NCBI RefSeq assembly: GCF_000372725.1
Contig: NW_005201984.1
Span: forward strand, 402,414 to 458,728
Length of the DNA: 56,315 nt
Reading direction: 5' to 3'
Source of the DNA: Emiliania huxleyi CCMP1516
Lineage: Eukaryota
Below, in pieces: positions 45,347 to 56,315 of the stretch; positions within the stretch are counted from its first letter, which is position 1; each line of letters opens with the position of its first letter. The notes under the pieces were generated by a model. That model had not been told where the DNA came from. It saw nothing but the letters and a program-made list of their open reading frames with translations, and ran no database searches. The position numbers were made by a program, and so were the translations under genes.

Positions 45347-46383
45347 TGCTCTGCAGCACGGAAACACAGTCGGCGATCGGGGGCGGGAGCGGGTGTTCTT
45401 TTTCTTTTTTACACATTTTGAGAGGGGAAGAGGAATTTCTGACCGCGCAAGATATAAAGGGTGGCTAAGGCTCTGCCCGCAAGGCGCCCGCGTCGCAGAC
45501 GCGGTACAATTGACAAATCTGCATTATACCCCCACACGAACAAATAGCAAAATCCGAATACCGTGCAGAAACCATGTGATCTGGGCCGTGGACGGACGCA
45601 AGCCTTCAGCTGGTGCCAAGACATCGCTCCGTTTTGTACGGGAGCACTGCAGCAACCACAGCGCCGGGGGCTATTGCAACACATATGGAGCCGCCTCTGG
45701 TAAATGCTGCACCCGCCGGAGCAGCGCCCACAGCCGGAACCGTGCCCGCAGCTAGTCCTACAGTCCCAACAACTTCGCCGACGATGGCCCCAACAGTGAT
45801 TCGCAGCACGTGTCCCTGGCCGCAGAAGGAGAGAAAGGCGTACGGGCGTAGACACGCACTGCTGCACGAAAGAGAAGGACAAGGTGAAGGACCCCACTTG
45901 CAAGCTCCAAGCTAGGTGCGCAGGCATAGTGTACGACTTTCACGAGTGCAGGACCCTCGATCGCGACAACCGGATCTTTCGCAAGACCGATCCGGCTGTG
46001 ATCCTAGTTTGCACATCCTCGACGACCATTGCGTGCGCACTCAGCAACCACTTGACTGGCCAGCCCTGCAGAGGAAGAAGTATTGGTTCATGGGGTTCTC
46101 AGTCACCAGGCACTACTGCAATGCGATGGGGAAGTTGATGAACAAAGACTACAGGGAGTTCTTAGACCGACGAGAGCTATCTTATTGATTCGTGTCGCTA
46201 TGGAAGAGCTATCGCCCGCAGCCCTGGCGAACGAGCAGTCCTCGCGTTTCTACACCTTCTTGCTCTGCTCACCGCTGCCTCTGCCTTCAGCCATGCAGCC
46301 AGATAATCTTCGATTTTTGCGGTGTCACAATAAGTTGCGAGTTTGACTCGTTGCCAGAGCAGCTAGGTGGATACACCCACGCC

Positions 46384-46880
46384 GAGCCTCACAGGTTCGA
46401 TGAAAAAGGCGCGCTTTACTGGATCGCAACGGCAGGAAGGACTCAGCCATACGTCAATCCGCACCGCAGCGGCTTAATGCTAGCGGCGATGGAGCCACAG
46501 CTGCCCTGAGCGTTTGTGATGCACGGGCATGATGGCAGACAGCGAAATAACACGAGAAACGTGCCGATGAGCTGGATGTCCGTCGATATCGGCGAAAACC
46601 GGTGGCTGTCTGTCTCATATTATTGCCTGCGCCAAGGAGTGAGCAGCGGCTTCCGCATGAGGAATTGGGAGCTCCAGGGATGCAACGACGGGCTGTCTTG
46701 GCAAATGCTGTGCAAGCACGAGCGCGACTTGTCCTTTGGCGAGCAGGCACACGGGGTAGCTGGGTGGGCCGTTGAGAATGCAACGGCCTACAGGCACTTC
46801 CGTATACTGCAGACGGGCAAGAACTCCGATGCGGTGCACACGGGGGTGCTCGCCTGCGCTGGGATTGAGCTCTACGGCGC
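46384..46880 (+). CDS. Discoidin/galactose-binding-like domain of the HECTD1/BTB-At2g30600 type, interrupted by an in-frame TGA (possible pseudogene)
   Basis: FDEKGALYWIAT..YVNP; SWMSVDIG, YCLR, RNWELQGCNDG..W..L..H, YRHFRILQTGKN, GIELYG. Confidence 0.7.
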
Positions 46881-47707
46881 GCTCACCCTCGCTTGCTGCG
46901 GGAGGTACCGAAGCAAGGGCAAGGGGGGCGCCTCCTGCGTGACCTCGGGGACGCGCGCGACGCCTGTAACAACCTGCCTTTTGACGATGCGCTGCGCGAC
47001 AAGATAGCTACCGAACTGGATCGCATCGAGGCTGCTCCGCCTCTCGAGCGCATGTTGGTGACGAAGCCGCCGGTCAAGAGGTGGGCGGAATTGGTCAGCC
47101 GGCAGAAGGATCCGTCCATCAAGACGCGTCGTCAGGCTGCGCTCACCGCCATGCTGCGCGTCGTCGACCGCCTCCCCGCTCGGGGGCCAAGCCAAGGTGC
47201 TGCGTACTCGAGTAGCCTTACACCCTTACTGTAGGAAGCTTTCATGCTCCAAGGTGACGCAGCCAGCCCCATCCGCCCCCCTTGCACAGACTCTTCCCGC
47301 TTGACTGAAACCAGAGGGGTGAGGAACCACCCCGACCCAGTCAATGGCGCGTCGGGGCCAGCGAATGCGCCCCAACCCTCCACTGCTGCCGCCTCATCCT
47401 GCGCTGCCACCGGTGCGCGCCGGCTCGAGGCTTTCCGGGCACACGAGGACACAAGGCGGCAACGTCTGCCCACTGTCCGCGCAGGTGTGCGGCGCTCGTC
47501 GAGATTGACGGCAGGGCGTTGGGCTCGGCGGCGATGTTGGAGGGTGCGCGTGCGGGTGAGGGCGTCCGCGGGTGAGGCGTCCGGCCGCTAGTGTGCGCAC
47601 CCTCGAGCCGTCACGACCCCGACCGTCAGCTTCTCTGCGTGAGTGTGTATGGCTAGCGTGCTTCCACCACTGCGCGCCCGCGCCTGCGGCGCCGCCGCGG
47701 CTCCCCA

Positions 47708-47840
47708 CCCTTTTGCGCAGCAACACCTTAAACTTTTCAGGCCCTCCAAATTCGGGTCGGAGCGTAGCGGAGTGGGCCCCGAGTTTGAAAAGGGCGACGG
47801 ACGCTTGCGTCCTAGCCTCCAACAACGCCTCCCCGGCGCA
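47708..47840 (+). repeat. ~130-bp dispersed non-coding repeat, copy 2
   Basis: Almost identical to 35801-35932. Confidence 0.8.
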
Positions 47841-48070
47841 CAGTGAAGGTGCAGCCGCGCACTCCGCCGCAGCGGCGGCGGCACGCGCGCGGCGGCAGAG
47901 AAGGCGCTCGAGGCCAAGGGGCGGCGCGAGCAGCGCGAGAGGGAGGTCCGCTGAGGGCCCGTACGTTATTTTATTATTCTCTTTTTTGTGTTAGTGCCAG
48001 TGCGAGTGCGCGCCAGTCCCGTGCCCAGTGTTGTGCGAGGAGTTTTCTTGTAAACTTATCTCTTTCCTTC

Positions 48071-48342
48071 TAAATAAATAAATAAATAAAACGGGCACGC
48101 CAAACGAGGGGTGGGAGAAGGACAGACAGGGTCCCCACCTGCACGAGCAGGATCTTGTAAGGACGATCAGGGACACAGGGGAACGGGAGCGGGGAGCGCA
48201 TCGCGACACGGAGGGGGGCTGGGCAGGGTTCACCCACACGACAGGGTCCCAGGGATTCCTCTCTCGTATAGGACAGGTTGCACCCGGCGGCACGGGGGCA
48301 GGCGCGGGCCTCCTACTGGTTGCGCTCTCCTAGTTCTCCTGC
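48071..48342 (-). mobile_element. SINE/LINE-like 3' fragment with (TTTA)n tail, copy 2 (may extend to about 48590)
   Basis: Reverse complement of 35381-35646. Confidence 0.75.
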
Positions 48343-48598
48343 TCCTGACAAGGGACAGCGACAGGCTCGCAGCACGGTGGACTCCCTATTCCACTGGCGA
48401 TCTCTCTCGACTAGCGACCTTCCTCCGGCTTCTCACCAGCAGTCTCTCACTACCACGGGCACACTGACAGAGGCGGCCAAAAGGCTCACGTGGGTGGCAG
48501 GGCGGTGATAGGAGTCTCCCACTCTGTGGGCTTCGCTAGAGGTGCGGCCCCTGCGCGTGTCCTCGCCCTTTGCGGTCTTGAAGGGGAAGGGGAAGGGG

Positions 48599-48599
<1 letters not shown>

Positions 48600-48671
<72 letters not shown>
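48600..48671. repeat. (GT)n microsatellite
   Basis: About 35 uninterrupted GT units. Confidence 0.98.
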
Positions 48672-48672
<1 letters not shown>

Positions 48673-49048
48673 CTGCGGGCGCTGTGCGAGCCGCCCTGAA
48701 CGACCACAATGTTGAGCGCGCTCGAGCACCGAAGCACCGCGAGCGCCGGCGAGCACCACCGCCCCGCGCCTTGGCGTGGGTCGGTAGTACACGATGCGGC
48801 GCCCAACATGCTCTATCATGCGTCGCACCCGCAGTGGCCGAGCCGACCGCCGCTCGAACTGGCGCCGAGTGGCTCCCAGATCGAGCGCGGCAGGCTCAGT
48901 CGCACCGTCGCGGGGCGAACACGAACCGAGCCGTCGCCGTTCGCCTTCTATTCGAGCCTGTCTTCAGATAGAGTTCTTTTGTTTGCATAGGAATTTTATC
49001 CGCGTCGGGGGGCGCATCCTGGCTGAGCCGTTCCACGAGGGCCGCGCG

Positions 49049-49570
49049 ATGAGCGATGACGAGAGCACACACAGGGCCGTGCGCTGGGAGCTCGGCTGGG
49101 AGGTACACGCGTGCGCGCGCGCGCAGGAGCGGGAGCAGCTGAAGCGCCTCTTGCGCGAGGGCGGCAGCTACTGCGGAGCACCAGAGGTGCGGCCCGACCT
49201 CGACTGGCAGGACGAGCTCGGAACGACCGCACTCTGGTGGGTCTGCCTCAACGGCGACCACGAGCTCGCCCGGCTTCTCGTCGAGGCCGGCGCAAACGTA
49301 AATGTGACAAACGCAGACAAGTGGACCGCGGCTTCGGTCGCCGCCCGGTACGGGCATGACGACTGCCTCGAGGTGCTGATCGCCGCCGGGGCCGACCTGT
49401 CCGTCGTCGTCTCCGACGGCGACACGGCGCTGGACAAGGCTATCTTCTGGGAGCACGTCGAATGTGAACAGCTGCTCCGCTCACACGGCGCCGCCACGGC
49501 GGCCAAGCCAGTCGTTGTCGTGGGGAGAGGGGGCGTTGGACTGGCAGCGTTGCACGCTGGTAGCCATTAA
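49049..49570 (+). CDS. Small ankyrin-repeat protein
   Basis: GTTALWWVCLNGDHELARLLVEAGANVN, TAASVAARYGHDDCLEVLIAAGAD, GDTALDKA. Confidence 0.9.
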   Translation: MSDDESTHRAVRWELGWEVHACARAQEREQLKRLLREGGSYCGAPEVRPDLDWQDELGTTALWWVCLNGDHELARLLVEAGANVNVTNADKWTAASVAARYGHDDCLEVLIAAGADLSVVVSDGDTALDKAIFWEHVECEQLLRSHGAATAAKPVVVVGRGGVGLAALHAGSH

Positions 49571-49630
49571 GTTACGCATCACGCATACACACATATATCA
49601 GACCAAAAAACCAACCTTTCGAGACGCAAT

Positions 49631-50266
49631 CTACCCGTCCGCGCCCGTGTCGCCGCCCGTCTGCGTCTCTCCCGCCCCCGGCAGTCGCGCCACGAGCACG
49701 CGATCGAAGAGGAGAGGAAGGCAGCGGAGCACATTGAGTGCGTTTGCGAGCGCGTACACGAGGGTCAGCGGGCCGCCCGGCGGCTGCGAAAATACGAGCC
49801 GTGCGGGCCCAATGAACCATGCGTCCGCGTTTGAGAGCGCCTCGACCGCCCAGCCGGCTCCCGCGTCCGCCTCCGCCCGCACGAGCCAGCAATAGCCAAA
49901 GCCAAGCGAGAGGGCGCCACCGAGGCCAACCTGCGCCAGCAAAGCCACGAGAGGGAGCGAGCGCGATGTGGTGCCCAACTTTTCGTAGTGCCCATCGCGC
50001 GCCCGCCGCCGCACACGCGCCTCGGCGGCCCGGAAAAACTCGTCTTCGCCACCGCCCAGCGGATCGCCCGTGTCGTCGGGGCCGGGATCGGGCTGCTCCG
50101 GCGGCAGCCGGAGGGCAGAGCGCCGGGCCTCCTCCGCAGAGTCGTCCTCCACGCTGCTCAAGATGGGCGCCGCGCGAAGGACGTTGGATGAGAGCAGCGC
50201 GGGCTGGCTCGGCCGAGTCGCGACGACAAGAGCGGCGGCGCTGCAGAGGGAGGCGGCCCACAGCAT
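49631..50266 (-). CDS. Hypothetical membrane protein with signal/transit-like N-terminus
   Basis: MLWAASLCSAAALV followed by an S/R/P-rich stretch and two hydrophobic segments. Confidence 0.45.
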   Translation of the reverse strand: MLWAASLCSAAALVVATRPSQPALLSSNVLRAAPILSSVEDDSAEEARRSALRLPPEQPDPGPDDTGDPLGGGEDEFFRAAEARVRRRARDGHYEKLGTTSRSLPLVALLAQVGLGGALSLGFGYCWLVRAEADAGAGWAVEALSNADAWFIGPARLVFSQPPGGPLTLVYALANALNVLRCLPLLFDRVLVARLPGAGETQTGGDTGADG

Positions 50267-50755
50267 CGGTGAGGGCAGCGGCCTGAGAGGAGAGAGCACT
50301 CTTGCTGCTGTCGGGCGTACGCCGAAGCAGCCCGAAAAAGAAAAATTTTGCGCGGAAGCTCAACGTCGGTCGGGGGTTGTCGAGGCTGAAGAACACGAGG
50401 GGGGAACGAGGAGGGGGGAATGGGCGGTCGGCGATGGGGTAGAAGCGGCAGGGCGTACGGGGTAGACGGTAGTCGTCACACCCTCCTGCCTCAAAAGGGC
50501 GGGGCTGTCCCGGAAAGTGAGAAACGCCGGGCAGCATGACGCACAATTTTACCCGGGTGGGCGCGCGGTGCTAGGCGTGCGGTGCGGAGCGGCGTGTGCG
50601 TATGTGTGTGTGTGTGACTGCGACAAGGGACCATTGGGTTTGTATTATTAACAACGAAGGCGCTCTCAAAAAAGAAAGAAGTTGGCTTTGCCCTCAGCTA
50701 GCGCGACCGCGCCGCTCCCACTCGAGCCAAGAAGAATGTTCAAAGCCCCGTGAAC

Positions 50756-51777
50756 CTGAGGGAGGGTGTAGAGGATGTAGAGTGTAGAGCGCTGTAGAGC
50801 TGTAGAGATGTAGAGCGCTGGAGAGCGCTGTAGAGCGCTGTAGAGCTGTAGAGCTCTACATCCGCCGCGCCCGCGGGACGAAGCGCCTCCGTTGTAGAGC
50901 GATGTAGAGGCGCTCTCTCTACAACGTGAAATCTCTAACAAACTCTTGTTATGACCCCCCCCAATGAACACACCAGTGAGGGAGGGCGAGACGATCGGAG
51001 GGTCCCGTACCATGCGGAATCGACCCTATCAAGTGCTCAAGTGCTCGACAAGTGCTCGACAAACTCTACATCATAAGCGGCGAACGAGGCACGGTCGCTC
51101 TCCGACATGAGGCGCGTTGCACTTGCCAGTGCGGCCCTGGCCTTCTGTCTGCCCGCCCAATGGGTGGCAGGTGCCTCTGCTGCTATGGCATGCCTCACGG
51201 CTGCGACTGGCCGGCGCCTCGGCGCGTCAGCTCGGCTCGGCGTAGCGATCGTGGCCAGCGCAACTCGCCTGGACTCAACGCTCAGCCAGGAGCTCCCGCA
51301 CGCGCTGGCGCGAGTCATGGCGCATGCAACGCGTCTGAATGCTCGCCTCGCCTCGCGCAAATGCGACCGTCCTCGCAGCCGACAGTCCACCGCCTGCTAA
51401 AGAAGCACAGCGACGAATGCGGCACCGGCGACGCATGGCAGGCTGGTGATGACGCAGTTATGGGGTGTTGTGTGCCATCAGAGTGACTCTCTGTGTGTCA
51501 GGGATAGTCAGGGCCGTCCATCAGAGCTCCAGTAAGCTCGGAGACACCCCATTAGCGCGGCTCGACCTCTTTGAGTCACTGCCTTCCCGGCGGTTTGTGG
51601 CTGTAGAGCCTCTACAACATACTCTACAGCAAAATCGCGCTCTACATCGCTCTACAACGGAGGCGCTTCGTCCCGCGGCGGATGTAGAGCTCTACAGCTC
51701 TACAGCGCTCCAGAGCGCTCTACATCTCTACAGCTCTACAGCGCTCTACACTCTACATCCTCTACACCCTCCCTCAG
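50756..51777. mobile_element. Non-autonomous DNA transposon with long TIRs made of TGTAGAG units and an 8-bp TSD
   Basis: CTGAGGGAGGGTGTAGAGG...CCTCTACACCCTCCCTCAG; CCGTGAAC at 50748-50755 and 51778-51785. Confidence 0.9.
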
Positions 51778-52347
51778 CCGTGAACTTCCGTCTCGAGCCT
51801 GAACTGCCCGATGCCCGTCGCGCGTCGGACATGTCGCACCAGGGGGAGGATCCGAGCCTGCCCTAGTGCCCAGAGCCTGCCACCCACGTGCCGCCGAGAT
51901 GTCGCCTATGTGAAAGAGGCCCCCTCCCCCTCGTCGAGTGTGTGTAGTCAGTCGCTCAGAAGTCCCTCTCCGCGTGCGATGCGCCGCCCCTCGCCCTCCC
52001 CCTTGCCAAAATCCTCCTGCAAACAAAGGTGGGACGTCATCTGACGTCTGTCTGTCCTCCTCCCAGGACGGTCGCTCGTATGCGTTGTCATTTGTTCTTT
52101 CTTTCTGCGCGCGATCCGCGAAGGTGAACAACTCTCTCGAAGGTGACCGCGTTGAGAGAGAGAGAGAGAGCTGTTGCGCGCGAAAGTGAACGAACGAGGG
52201 AATTGCCGACCGGGTAAAGAAAGAACGCAACAAGAAAGCGCGGAATCTTCTCTAGCACGCGCCAGTCCGCAGCTGGGTCCCGCCGGATTTTAAAATTCTT
52301 CTCGCAGACCTTTCGCGGACTTCCACAGTGCCAAGCCGCGCGCAACG

Positions 52348-54055
52348 ATGCCCGAGCTTCCGGAGGTGGAGGCCCAGCGCAGTACCATCGAGGCTGCGAC
52401 GCTTGGGCGCCGCATCGCCACCCTGATTGCCGTGGAGCAGGGCGGCGGGCCGCGTGAAGGGCAGTTCGACGACAAGGTGATTGCAGAGGAAGTCACGCCC
52501 GACGTCCTGGCCATCACGCTGCAGGATCGGTGGGTGCTCGGCGTGCGTCGCCGAGGCAAGCAGCTCTGGCTGGAGCTCGGCGAGAGCAAGGGCGGCGCTT
52601 GCTGCGCGTGCCTCCTTATCCACATGGGCATGACCGGCGCTGTGATCGTGCAGGGCGTCGCCGCCCCCGTCTACAAGTCATTCGCTGTCGACGAGACGGC
52701 GTGGCCGCCTCGCTTCACCAAGCTGGAGCTGCTGATGGCCGATGCAGCGGGCGTCTCCGCGCCCTGCGTCCGCCTGGCCTTCACCGACCCGCGTCGCTTC
52801 GGGCGGGTGCTGCTCCGAGGCGCCGACCCGTTCTCCCGGCCGCCGCTGAGCGCCCTCGCCGCCGACCCGGTCACGGACCCGCCGTCGGCTGAGGCGTTCG
52901 CGAGCGTGCTGCGGCGGGTGCGCGCGCCGATCAAGGCCGCGCTCCTCGACCAAGGCCGCGTCGTCTGCGGCGTTGGCAACTGGGTGGCTGACGAAGTGCT
53001 GTACCAGGCGGGCGTGCTGCCGGCGGCGCCCTGCGAGAGCCTCTCCGAGGAGCAGCTGGCGGCGATCCACGCGCAGGTGCTCGCCGTCTGCACTGCCGCG
53101 TGCGGCCGCCTCGAGCGCGGCTGCGACTTCCCCGTCGGCTGGCTCTTCCACCACCGCTGGCAGGCGCGCAAGCCCGGCCCACACCCCCCTCCCGACCGTC
53201 CCTGAAGCCCGCCCGCACCCCTCCCGCTCCGCCTGACCGCCGCCCTCCCTCCCTCGCCTCCCTCCTCGCCGCCCACCGGTGCAGGGCCAAACGTCGGGCT
53301 CGATGGCGTCGCCGCTCGGCCGGATCCACTTTGACACCGTCGGAGGGAGGACGACGGCCTTCGTGCCGGCCCGGCAGGTAAAGGGGCAGGCGGCGGGCAA
53401 GGCGGGAGGCGAGGCCAAAGGCAAGGCGGGGGGCAGGAAGGGGGTCAAGGCGGGGGCCAGGGCGGCGGAGGCGGGCGAGGTGGCGGGGGCGGCGGCGGCG
53501 GGCGAGGAAGCGGTGGGCAAGGACAAGGGCAAGGACAAGGGGAAGGGCAAGGGCAAGGACAAGGCGGGGGGGCGCGCAAAGCGAGGGACGGCGGAGGGGG
53601 CGCCTCCAGACAGCGGCGAGGCGGCGTGCGGCGGGGCCGCGGCCTCGGGTGGGGCAGGCTCGGCTGCCATCCTGGCGGGCGGGTGGGCGACGCTGACTGG
53701 CCTCGCGTCGCGCGCCGACCTCAACGGCGCGCAGGCGCAGGTGCTGAAGCGGTGCACCGGCAAGGCGACGGCTGGGCGGTGGAAGGTCAAGGCGCACTCG
53801 CAGCGACCTGGGCCGCTCCGCCTCGCAGTGTGGGCGGCGACCCTTGACGAGTCTTGCTGAGAACAGGTGCGCGGAGAGGTCCTCGCCGTGCGGGCCGAGA
53901 GCTTGGCGCCCTGCGAGCCGGTGGATGAGGCGGCGGGCGAGCAGGCGCGGGCCGAGCCGCCGCGTGGAGGTGGACGGCGGCGGGAGGCTGCGCCGGTCAC
54001 CGCGGAGGAGCCAGAGGGGAAGCGGCCGCGAAGGTCGCGGCAGGCTGCCGCGTGA
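52348..54055 (+). CDS. FPG: Formamidopyrimidine-DNA glycosylase (Fpg/MutM, zincless-finger type) with basic C-terminal extension, 3 exons
   Basis: MPELPEVE, RRGKQLW, HMGMTG, DPRRFG, GVGNWVADEVLY, VGGRTTAFVP; GC-AG introns about 53164-53284 and 53792-53866. Confidence 0.92.
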
Positions 54056-54121
54056 TGGTGGTGCGCTGGCGCGATCTCAACGAGGGTGGCAGCTGGAGCG
54101 AGTGTCGTGGCCGTGGCCACG

Positions 54122-54466
54122 AAGATCAAGAAAATAAGCGCCGGTGACACTCTCGGACGCTGGGGACTGCGGCTTCCTAAGATCTAAGTCAACTTTTTGA
54201 GACGAGAGAAAGAGAGGACGGCCTCCTCATTTTGCCTTTTTGGCTCAAGCTATACGAACTTTCTGAAAATATCTCGGTCATATCTCGACTGTATCTCGGT
54301 GTGTTGACGTGAAGCACGAGATTTGTCATTATGAACTCGGGTGTTATAGCTAAGCCAAAAGGATCTCAAAAAGTTGACTTAGGAAGCCGCAGGTCCTATA
54401 GCGCAAGCGGTAGCGCCTGTGCGGTCCGCCTGATGCGACGCCGCCGGCGCTTATTTTCTTGATCTT
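54122..54466. repeat. Nested inverted repeats (foldback/MITE-like)
   Basis: 54122-54144 pairs perfectly with 54444-54466; 54167-54202 pairs with 54364-54392 apart from one insertion. Confidence 0.8.
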
Positions 54467-54523
54467 TGTATTTATCTTTATATTGAAACCGGCGGCGAGG
54501 GGCGTGTCACGCCGTGTCCGGGC

Positions 54524-54645
54524 GAAGATACACCGAAGATACACTCGAAGATACACTCGTGACTCGAAGATACACCCTTTATAATGAAGACACACGCCGA
54601 AGATACACGCCGAAGATACACCGTGGAGATACATCGAGTGTATCT
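54524..54645 (+). repeat. Array of GAAGATACAC motifs
   Basis: About seven exact or near copies with short variable spacers. Confidence 0.8.
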
Positions 54646-55315
54646 TTCGCAAATCATAGGCAACTACAAGACTTTATCCGTCTCTCAGGGTCCTCCTGAG
54701 GGAAAGAAAAATAGTTATGTAGGAAGTGGAACCAGAAGATTTGGGGGGGGGGGTACACGAGTTGGCGGGACGAGTTGGAGCGCGAGGGCGGCGAATTGGC
54801 ACAGAGCTCAGAGCCGACCAGTCGATTGCCGTGGTACTGCGTTCGCTGCCGCTGGCTGCTGCCTGCCGCCGGCTGCCGCTGGCTGCCGGGCGCCCGCCGC
54901 AAATGGAAGACGAGGACTACGTGGTGGCGGCGGCCGCGGGGGCCGCTGGCACACGAGGTGTCGCGGTGAGGCACAGAGAATGGAGATCGGCGCATTGTGC
55001 CATCGCGTTGCGGTCAGTCAGGGCCTCGGCGACGGAGAGCGGGGCGGAGGAGCGGATGAGGCCGGGGCGGCGTTCAAGTGGAAGTATAAGTGGAACATGG
55101 TACATGGACGGAGGGGAGCTCTTCGAGGAATGCCTCCTCACGGCCAATAGAAGTCAATAAAATGGCACGAAATTTTCTTCGCGGGGCTCTGCCCCGCACC
55201 CCGCTGGGGCTGCCAGCCCCAGACCCCAGGCTGGGGCTCCAGGCTGGGGTCTGCCAGCCCCAGACCCCGAGTTGGTCGGCGGCAGGAGGCCGAGTATACA
55301 GCGCGAGTCGCACGC

Positions 55316-56315
55316 ATGGTCGTCGCCACGATCGACATCTCGCCCTTCGCAAACCCGGCGGCGCACGACGACGCCGCTCGCGCGCGAGCTGCTGCGGATT
55401 GGGACCGCGCGATGAGTGACGTGGGCTTTGCTGTCGTCGCGGGCCACGGCGTCGCGCCAGAGGTCGTGGGGGCGCTGCGGTCCGCGGCGCACGAGTTTTT
55501 CGAGCGGAGCGCCGAGGCGAAGGCTGCCTACTGCCACGGTCCGTACGGCAACCCCCTCGGCGGCTACACCGGCATCGGCACCGAGGCTGTCTCACGCACG
55601 CGGGACACGCACGGCGGCGACGGCGGCCGCAGCGCCGGGGCGAGCGCGGCGGCGCCGCCCGACTTGGTGGAGTCCTTCATCTTCAAGCCGGCCTCCCCCG
55701 CGGCGGCGCCGACTTGCCTCGACAAGCCTGCCTCGACCTACCACAGCGAGCTGCTCCGAGTCCTCGGCTGCCTGCACCAGCTCACCGCCGCCGCGCTCAG
55801 CCTGCCGGCAGACTACTTTGAGCGCTTCTATTCGCCGCACGCCGAGGTGTCGCTGCGGCTCGCCTACTACCCCGCCCTCTCCGCCTCGGAGCAGGCCTCC
55901 TCCGCCGTCCGATACGGCGAGCACACCGACTACACCGGCCTCCCCCGCCTCCTGCAGGACGAGGGCCGCGACACGTCCACGACCTGTCCGGACACGTCCC
56001 GTAGGCTTCACGCTCCTCTCGCAGGACGAGAGCGACCTGGGCGAGGAAGGCGCGCGGGAGCCCCGATGCTGCCTAGGCTGTACCCGCCCCCCCCCTTCCC
56101 CAGTTCGGTATCTTGAAACGCGCCACCGAGGAGAGGAAGGCCAAGGGACGCCTCTCCAATATCAACAACCGGGTGTCGCGCCCGGCCCGCCTCGCCTCTC
56201 CTGCAGGCGGTCGCGGAGGCGTCTCCGAGCCCCCGCCTATATACCGTCTCGTCATGGTCGGTCTCTTCCGCCTCCATCTCCGAGGCCACGGTGCCGATCT
56301 GACACATCTGGCTCA
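55316..56315 (+). CDS. 2-oxoglutarate/Fe(II)-dependent dioxygenase (IPNS/DIOX_N type); 3' end unresolved or beyond the window
   Basis: TIDISPF, VGFAVVAGHGV, LRLAYYP, YGEHTDYTG (HxD). Confidence 0.88.

Noticed and set aside
54524..54645. CRISPR-like repeat-spacer pattern
   Set aside because: Repeats are only 10 bp with 1-13 bp spacers, no cas genes, eukaryotic context

Overview
GC-rich eukaryotic genomic DNA with short spliceosomal introns, many of them GC-AG, plus TTAGGG repeats and a 100-N assembly gap at 2057-2156. The style suggests a haptophyte such as Emiliania/Gephyrocapsa huxleyi (inference). About 20 protein genes are recognisable: two LRR proteins, a GAF(fRMsr-like)-MsrB fusion, an F-box-like protein, an SDR, a sulfotransferase, ORC4, a GRAB-domain golgin, a type II P-type ATPase, SFT2, a multi-ShKT protein, a DHHC palmitoyltransferase, a GH5-like protein, an ATP-grasp ligase, an FAD monooxygenase, a discoidin-like domain, an ankyrin protein, Fpg/MutM and a 2OG-Fe(II) oxygenase. 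They are interleaved with many non-autonomous mobile elements (MITEs, 5'-truncated non-LTR retroelement ends, some with clear target-site duplications). The most notable observations are an intronless two-domain Met-R-sulfoxide reductase fusion, a P-type ATPase with a rewired ion-binding site (PEGL to PTTL), a GH5-like protein with Gln at the nucleophile position next to a tail-anchored amino-acid-ligase-like ATP-grasp gene and a flavin monooxygenase, and nested retroelement insertions. All calls come from motif recognition by eye; no database searches were run.
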